Shown in pieces: positions 56,227 to 64,000 of a stretch of DNA of 64,000 nucleotides. Both the position numbers and the translations under genes were made by a program. This DNA is from Octopus sinensis (taxonomy: Eukaryota), in contig NC_043017.1 of assembly GCF_006345805.1 (NCBI RefSeq), positions 33,604,001 to 33,668,000 of the forward strand, written 5' to 3'. The notes under the pieces are model-generated. The model had not been told where the DNA came from and did no database searches. It saw only the letters and a list, made by a program, of their open reading frames with translations. The stretch's first letter is position 1. Each line of letters opens with the position of its first letter.

Positions 56227-56653
56227 TCACTCACACATAGCAACACATGCATATATAGGCATGCAAAGCTGTAATTGAAAAACCCATATTAGAAAAGGCA
56301 TCTTTTTTTTCTAAAATCACATTTAAATGGAAATCTGGGGAATCATGATCTAGAGAAAACGACTCTACACTTAATAAATCAGTTAAGATTTATAAAGTTT
56401 TATTAATATGACCTACTTAAATCTCAATGAATACCAGTCGGTTTGATCTTATGACCTATCCTTCAATAGACGATCAACATCAGCCAGACATACAATGCTT
56501 TTCATTGTTTATTACAATTAATAGCCGACGCATTGTTTATTAATGCATAAGATAAAAGTGATTTTTCTTATCGGTTTTGTTTGAGCGTATACGATTTTTT
56601 TTTTGCTGAGGCCATCCATTGTGATGGAGAAGATATGTTCATCATCATATACT

Positions 56654-56685
<32 letters not shown>

Positions 56686-56952
56686 CATACAAACATACAC
56701 ACGCATACATGTATATATTTAGGTATATTCGCACACAACTACACGCATATGTATACAAATATATATACACACACAAAGAAATACACTTGTACACGCAAGC
56801 ACGCATTCATGCAAGTCTATATGTGTGAGTATGGATGTGTGTATATATGTATAAACATGAGAATGAACGAATATAACGTATGAGGTTAGAAGATCATTAA
56901 CGATAATGATGATGTTAATGATATTATCGAAGATGTTTCTAATGTGTCTATA

Positions 56953-57131
<179 letters not shown>

Positions 57132-57881
57132 ACCGATTTTTAACCTTTTCTTCTTTATCTTTTTTAGTAATTAAAAATCATATTTTTTAATCGTTTGAAA
57201 GCAGATTATATCCAGCAGTGCAAAATATGTTTTGTTTTGTTTTTTTCTTTGTTTATTTATTATTTTTTTTTCATTAATTATTTTCTACATTAAAAGAGAT
57301 TTTGATCGATACTATTACACGGCGGAGATGGGGGTAGATGTGGTGCTGTTTTGCGTTCAGCAATTGTTGGTATGTTGTTGGGTTCTAAGTAATAACAGAA
57401 ATATAAAATAAACGATTAAAAGAAAATAACGAAGTTTAAAAAATAAACAGTTCGATGATAAAACAAAATAAATACTTGAATTCTTTTATATCTCATAACC
57501 CAGTATTCTTTGTACGTCGGCTTTGTGCATTGTTTTTTTCATCAGATTTTAGGCGCCAAACAGTAGAAAATGGGCGTCATTAAAAAAGTCAACAAAAAAT
57601 AAAAGAATTTAAATTCTTGAGAAAAAATGTTTAGGCTGTTAAGCGATGTGTCGAACGGTTTTTTTTTTTTTAATATTCCATAACGAAATGGAAACCATAA
57701 TCGTTGAAATATCGAAATAACTGACTTTTTGTAGGCAGTTCCTACCCTTTCAGTACAACTATAGTATTTCCATCGGCTTCTTCTACTTAGCTCAAAATAT
57801 TGACAACATTGAGGAGGCTCTGACTGATTAATAACAACGTTAGCTCACAAACCAATGACAGAATCAATAGATGGTCTCATA

Positions 57882-58970
57882 AAGGCGGCGAGCTGGCAGA
57901 ACCGTTAGCACGCCGGGCGAAATGCGTAACCGTATTTCGTCTGCCGTTACGTGCTGAGTTCAAATTCCGCCGAGGTCGACTTTGCCTTTCATCCTTTCGT
58001 GGTCGATAAATTAAGTACCGGTTACGCACTGGGGTCGATGTAATCGACTTAATCCGTTTGTCTGTCCTTTTTTGTCCTCTCTCTGTTTAGCCCCTTGCGG
58101 GTAGTAAAGAAATAGGTATTACGTTCTGAGTTCAAATTCCGCCGAGGTCGACTTTGCCTTTCATCCTTTCGGGGTCGATAAATTAAGTACCAATAACAAC
58201 TGGGGTCGATGTAATCGACTTAATCCGTTTGTCTGTCCTTTTTTGTCCTCTCTCTGTTTAGCCCCTTGCGGGTAGTAAAGAAATAGGTATTACGTTCTGA
58301 GTTCAAATTCCGCCGAGGTCGACTTTGCCTTTCATCCTTTCGTGGTCGATAAATTAAGTACCAATTACGCACTGGGGTCGATGTAATCGACTTAATCCGT
58401 TTGTCTGTCCTTGTTTGTCCCCTCTGTGTTTAGCCCCTAGTGGGTAGTAAAGAAATAGGTATTACGTTCTGAGTTCAAATTCCGCCGTGGTCGACTTTGC
58501 CTTTCATCCTTTCGTGGTCGATAAATTAAGTACCAATTACGCACTGGGGTCGATGTAATCGACTTAATCCGTTTGTCTGTCCTTTTTTGTCCTCTCTCTG
58601 TTTAGCCCCTTGCGGGTAGTAAAGAAATAGGTATTACGTTCTGAGTTCAAATTCCGCTGAGGTCGACTTTGCCTTTCATCCTTTCGTGGTCGATAAATTA
58701 AGTACCAGTTACGCACTGGGGTCGATGTAATCGACTTAATACGTTTGTCTGTCCTTTTTTGTCCTCTCTCTGTTTAGCCCCTTGCGGGTAGTAAAGAAAT
58801 AGGTATTACGTTCTGAGTTCAAATTCCGCCGAGGTCGACTTTGCCTTTCATCCTTTTGGGGTCGATAACTTAAGTACCAATTACGCACTAGGGTCGATGT
58901 AATCGACTTAATCTGTTTGTCTATCCTTGTTTGTCCTCTCTATGTTTAGCCCCTTGTGGGTAATAAAGAA
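57882..58970 (+). repeat. SINE-B with one head and six tandem ~172-bp body units
   Basis: TTACGT(T/G)CTGAGTTCAAATTCC recurs at 57947, 58119, 58290, 58462, 58634 and 58806. Confidence 0.95.
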
Positions 58971-59181
58971 GCAAATATATGGTCTCATGACCAGCTAGAA
59001 TCAGAAGCCACATTTCTTTCAAATCAAACCATACCTTCATAAAAACGTAATAATCTCATGCAATCTACGTTTCAGTAGGCCTGGAAGAAAAAACTATGAA
59101 TGTGGCTGAAATGATTCTGAAATATATCAGCTTGAGACGAAACAACTACAATTAGAGTTACATCAATAACAAAATCAATGT

Positions 59182-59568
59182 TGGGAATTACACCACCGCT
59201 GTTTAGCCCTAGGAATCATCGAACGCTTCCTGTCGTCTTTGACACATTTCTTGTGTCCTTATATTTGCGAAGGGGAGGCAAGCACCCCCACCAGCCAAGA
59301 TTCACACCTGAGGACATGCTAAGACCCAGAAACATACATGACCTCAGGTGTGATCTTGGCTGGTGGGGGTGCTTGCCTCCCCTTCGCAAATATAAGGACA
59401 CAGGAAATGTGTCAAAGCCGACAAGAAGCGTTCGATGCTTCCTAGGGCTAAACAGCGGTGGTGTAATTCCCATACGGGACTGTCACGTTAAGTTGACAGT
59501 ATACAACCACTCTATCACTCCACCACCGCTCATGTCTCTTTGAGGCATTTAGAAATTTAATATTTCTA
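59182..59568 (+). mobile_element. Hairpin+tail element, family P2 (diverged subfamily)
   Basis: Arms 59182-59313 and 59342-59472; the main copy continues into a tail homologous to 11486-11542. Confidence 0.88.
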
Positions 59569-59982
59569 ACATCAATGTTATTAATATCTAAATGACGGAC
59601 GCATTCCTCGGGTTATACGATTGAGTTCAAATCGATACATTGTGTCAACAAAATAAAAGAACTCCCATTAGAAAACATATCTCAAGTGTTCAACAATCAC
59701 GTAACTAGCATACCTTCTCGAGAAGTGGCGCTCATCAAAATTTCAAGCTGAAAAACAATTTCGATCGAATGCTATATTACTAACACTATTATCTGACATG
59801 CCTCCTGAACATTGTGTATCTTTAGTAATTCACAAATCAAAATACTTTCTGCACTATTTGATTTTGAATGACCGAGTCGGGTAAAATGCCATGAATATTA
59901 CAAAACATTTAGACGCGGGGGAACCACCGAACATTTCAGCATTTCAGCGTTCAAGTGGTACGTATATATATATATATATACA

Positions 59983-61274
59983 CGAGGGGCGTTCAATAAG
60001 TAATGCCCCTGGCCCACTTCCCATAGCAGTAGAGCAACGAAACTTGGTACAGTTATTAGTCTTTTTCTACATAGGAACCACCCAGAGTTACGCATTTCTC
60101 CCATCGTTTGATGCAGCTCTGAAGACCATTTTTGTAGAAGACCCCATCTTGGTCCTCCAACCACAACGTGACTTCAAAAATCAAGGCTGCATAATTTGGG
60201 AAACGCTTTCCTTTCAAAAACAACTTCATGGCTGGGAAGAGGTGAAAATCAGAGGGTGCAAGGTCAGGAGAGTAGGGGGAATGGGGGATGAGTTCATAGC
60301 CATACGCCTGTGCTTCTGATCTGGCGACACGTGAGTTGTGGATCGGAGCGTTGTCCTGCAGGAGGAGGATGCCTTTGCTGATCTTGCCCCACCTCTTGAT
60401 TTTGATAGCTTCTCTTAATTTCCTCAAAAGTGAAGCATAACAGACTCCTGTAATTGTGACACCCTTTGCCAGGAGATCTGACATCACTACTCCGTCCTAG
60501 TCCCAGAAGACTGTGAGCCTGACCTTGTCAGCGGAGGGCTGCACCCTTGCCTTCTTTGGAGGAGGTGAGTCACGGTGCTTCCACTGCATTGACTGGGATT
60601 TGGACTCTGGATCATAGTGATGGACCCAGGTTTCATCCTGTGCAATCAGTCTTTTGAAAAATTTTAACTCATCTTCTTGGCACATCTCCAAATTCATCCT
60701 CGAGCAATCGACGCGTTCTTGCTTCTGGAAAGGTGTGAGCAACCTGGGAATCCATCTGGTAGACACCTTTTTCATATGCAAATGGTCATGAGTGACAGTT
60801 TCCACAGACCCGGTACTAATCTTGACCTAATGGGCTATTTGGCGAATAGTTATGCGTCGATCTTCCAAAATGGCAGCCTCAACTTGACGGACAGATGCCT
60901 CATCAATGGCAGAAGGGGGCGACCAGATCTGGGAGCTGTTTCCACAGAGTTCCGACCATGTTTGAATTTACGATGCCAGCTTTTTACAAGGTCATATGAT
61001 GGGGCATCATCACCATAAGTTACTTTCATTTCATCAAAAGTCTCCTGTGGTGTGCGTCCTTTCAAATACAAAAACCGAATCACTGCTCGACACTCAACAG
61101 GCTCCATTTCACACTTGACTCAGTTCAAACACCTGTAAATCAGAAACCACAATTAGTTCAGAGTTGTAATTTGCCACTTAATCCATAGAGATATAAATAA
61201 TTGCACATGCAAAATTACAGCTAGATCAAACGACTGCAAGTGGGTCAGGAGCATTACTTATTGAATGCCACTCG
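59983..61274 (-). mobile_element. Full-length mariner (Tc1/mariner, DD34D), about 1.29 kb
   Basis: TIRs CGAGGGGCGTTCAATAAGTAATGCCCCTG and CGAGTGGCATTCAATAAGTAATGCTCCTG; inserted in (TA)n. Confidence 0.93.
60056..61107 (-). pseudogene. Mariner transposase, interrupted by frameshifts and one TAG
   Basis: MEPVECRAVIRFL..., GRP, WIPRLL, QDETW, QDNAPIH, YSPDLAPSDFHLF; 34 residues between D2 and D3. Confidence 0.92.
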
Positions 61275-61300
61275 TATATATATATATATATATATATATA

Positions 61301-61500
61301 TGTAGGTCCCGGGTTGATCCGGGGTTAACCACAGTAAGTAAGGTACTCAATACATAGCAGAGTAAAATTAATTTATTATATAGAAGGAGCTTCTACAGGA
61401 CTAGTACTGTTTCATTCAAGAGAAATCTTCAGGAAGCTCCTGAAGATTTCTCTTGAATGAAACAGTACTAGTCCTGTAGAAGCTCCTTCTATATAATAAA
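61301..61500 (-). mobile_element. Minimal P4 element: two head-to-head hammerhead motifs plus tail
   Basis: Arms 61371-61434 and 61438-61500; loop AGC; tail 61301-61370 is the reverse complement of 50094-50162. Confidence 0.9.
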
Positions 61501-61544
61501 TATATATATATATATATATATACGTGTGTGTGTGTATGTATATT

Positions 61545-61741
61545 CTTTCATTTGTTTCAGTCATTTGGCAGTGGCCATGCTGGAGCACCGCTTTTAGTCG
61601 AACAAATCGACCCAAGGACTTATTCTTTGTAAGCCAAGTACTTATCTATCGGTCTCTGTTGCCGAACCGCTAACTACGGGGACGTAAACACACCAGCATC
61701 GGTTGTCAAGCGATGTTGGGGGGACAAACACAGACACACAA

Positions 61742-61745
<4 letters not shown>
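61545..61745 (-). mobile_element. SINE-A 3' half followed by CA/TA microsatellite
   Basis: Matches the SINE-A tail region. Confidence 0.85.
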
Positions 61746-61790
<45 letters not shown>

Positions 61791-61801
61791 ACACACACAC
61801 A

Positions 61802-61851
<50 letters not shown>

Positions 61852-63339
61852 ATATATATGTATATATGTGTATATATATATATATATATTATATATATAT
61901 ATAAATTGATCAAAATAAAATAAAAACATGATGCGAAGGATTCAGCGGTACATATGTTTCGGGCCTTTATTAGACAGATTTATAACAATGCATAATGTAT
62001 GTCTGTGGCCTTCTTCAGCCGCGCACAACAGCTTCCACAAGGACATGTGTTACATCAAAAATTCTTGGTTGGGGATGCAAATCCTCTCATTCACGTACGA
62101 CATAATGCGGCAGCAGCATAGAATTGAAGCGTCCATATCTTTCTTCCCTCAATGTAGAATGAGGAAAATTGGATGTTGAGGTAATGTAAATAAATAAATA
62201 CATATATAGAGGTGAAGATGGAGGGGCGAGAGTTCGGGACGAGGGATAAAAAATGTATAAAAAGTGTAAGTATAGAATAATATAAAAATGTAGAGGATAA
62301 AGATATAAAGAGTTGTAAGGAGATGTAAAGGGGGTATAAAGAAATATAAAGAAATATAAATAAATGTAAAGGCATAAGGTTATAAAGTAAAAATAGAAAT
62401 AGAAATAAAAATAAAAAAACCTGATAAAACCATGATAAAAGTGTAAAAGAATGTAAAGATAAGGGATGTATAGAGGTTACGGACCAAGCATGGTGGTCAG
62501 GGGGTTGATAAAATTTAGTTGTAGAATTGTCAGTAAATCAACAGTTTCGTCTGGGGACTTAATGCGTTGTAAATCAGAGCTGATGAGCATTTAATCTGGT
62601 TCCTTGAATTAAATGGACTTCTAGTACATACATATCATCATGGATACATACACCCACATACACGCGTACATATACGCCTCCAAGCCTATAAGCATACACA
62701 CGCACTCGCGCGTAAACACGTACATAAACACACACGCACCCACACGCACGTGCGTACACACACATACATACAACAGAATATCCGCATATATACACGGACA
62801 TTACGCGCGTACACGCTCACATGTATATACGCGCGCCCATCACTACATACACACACGTATATGCCCACGCCTCTAGGTCCAGGTATAAGATATTAAAGGA
62901 TGTGTATAAGAACGTAAGTAAAGAATCCCGTACTCATGTCAACATGCGCACGCACACACGGCTGTGTGTCCGTATGTGCGTGCACATATACACTCATATA
63001 CACACACAGAGAGACACACGCGCACACGGGTATAGCTATAAGATATCGAAGTATGCATGTACATATATGCGCGTGCATATGTATGTGTGCGTACACACAC
63101 GTACGCGGACGCTCGTATATTCAAAAGGTGGATCCATAGGTAAGTAAATAAACATATATAGAGGTGTAAAGCGATAAGTTAGGGGTAAGAATGAGGGTAA
63201 GGGTAAAGATTAGAAATAAAAAATACAGCATAAAATAAGAAATACAATGTAATAGTTAGAAATGAAGTATAAGAATTATAAAAATTATAAGAGTTAAGGT
63301 AAGGTATGAAAATGAAAATGAGAATAAATGGAAGTAGAA

Positions 63340-63530
63340 TAAAAGTAAAAATAAAATTAAAAATAAAAATAAATGGAAGTAGGATAAAAGTAAAAATAAA
63401 AGTAAAAATAAAAATAAAATAAAATAAGATAAAATAAGATAAAATAAGATAAAATAAAATAAAATAAAATAAAATAAAATAAAATAAGATAAAATAAAAT
63501 AAAATAAAATAAAATAAAATAAAAAAAGAT
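63340..63530. repeat. (AAAAT)n pentamer repeat
   Basis: Direct reading. Confidence 0.9.
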
Positions 63531-64000
63531 AAAAATATAATTTTGTAAAGTATAACATGAGATGAAGGTGGTTGAAAGTTAGAGGTGTGTGTTAAACGTA
63601 GGGGCGGGCGGGGGGAACTGAAAATTGGAAGGGTGGGAAGTGGAGTTTGGCGGTGTGCGTTCAACATCTGAGTTAGAAATGTGAAAGGGTATAGATGTAG
63701 GGAATTAAAGAGACTACATAGGGAGGATATGGGTGTAGGAGAAGAAATATTTAGGGAAAAGAAGTCATATATGGGAGACAAAATTTGTATATATAGGGGG
63801 AAAATGCAGGGAACCGTATATGCACATACACACACCCACACACACACACACACACACACGCACATGTATATATATATGTATGTGTACACATACGTACACG
63901 TATGTGCACATACATACGCACACACACACACACACACATACACACGCACATATAGGAAAGCGGGATGTGCTGGAGTCGACAGGTTGCACCGGGTGCCCGC

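Noticed and set aside
57882-58970. CRISPR-like regular array
   Set aside because: Contiguous 172-bp SINE units with no unique spacers; eukaryotic context and no cas genes
61945-61980. Hammerhead relic (GAAAC-ATAT-GTA, minus strand)
   Set aside because: Core reads CTAATAA and stem I is absent; insufficient support
62000-63990. Host exon or ORF 63179-63949 (256 aa)
   Set aside because: Composed of CA/CG-rich and AAAAT low-complexity repeats; the translation is FILF/CV repeats

Overview
AT-rich, microsatellite-dense eukaryotic intergenic or intronic DNA. The SINE families and repeat style suggest an octopus/cephalopod genome (inference from recall, not a search). No host protein-coding gene is supportable, and most ORF-track entries are microsatellite translations. 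The window is almost entirely mobile DNA. (1) A 5.7-kb head-to-head palindromic Penelope-like element (PLE; RT with YRDD plus C-terminal GIY-YIG) at 14958-20633, with a type I hammerhead ribozyme motif in each arm. (2) At least four unrelated families of small 'inverted repeat + one-sided tail' elements, three of them (P1, P2, P4) linked to hammerhead motifs, which look like miniature PLE pseudo-LTR (pLTR) hairpins; most sit in or next to (TA)n tracts. (3) A 12-kb pile-up of three R4/Dong-type RLE non-LTR families in (TAA)n tracts at 25-36 kb. (4) Neptune-like and Penelope/Poseidon-like PLE relics. (5) One full-length DD34D mariner plus relics. (6) Many tRNA-derived SINEs, including a six-unit 172-bp tandem array. 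(7) A Tx1/L1-like 3' end in (GATA)n and a possible non-autonomous Helitron. Many single-base indels fall in homopolymers and may be sequencing or assembly errors. Coordinates were read by eye (plus or minus a few bp). Family labels SINE-A/B/C/E and P1-P5 are my own.
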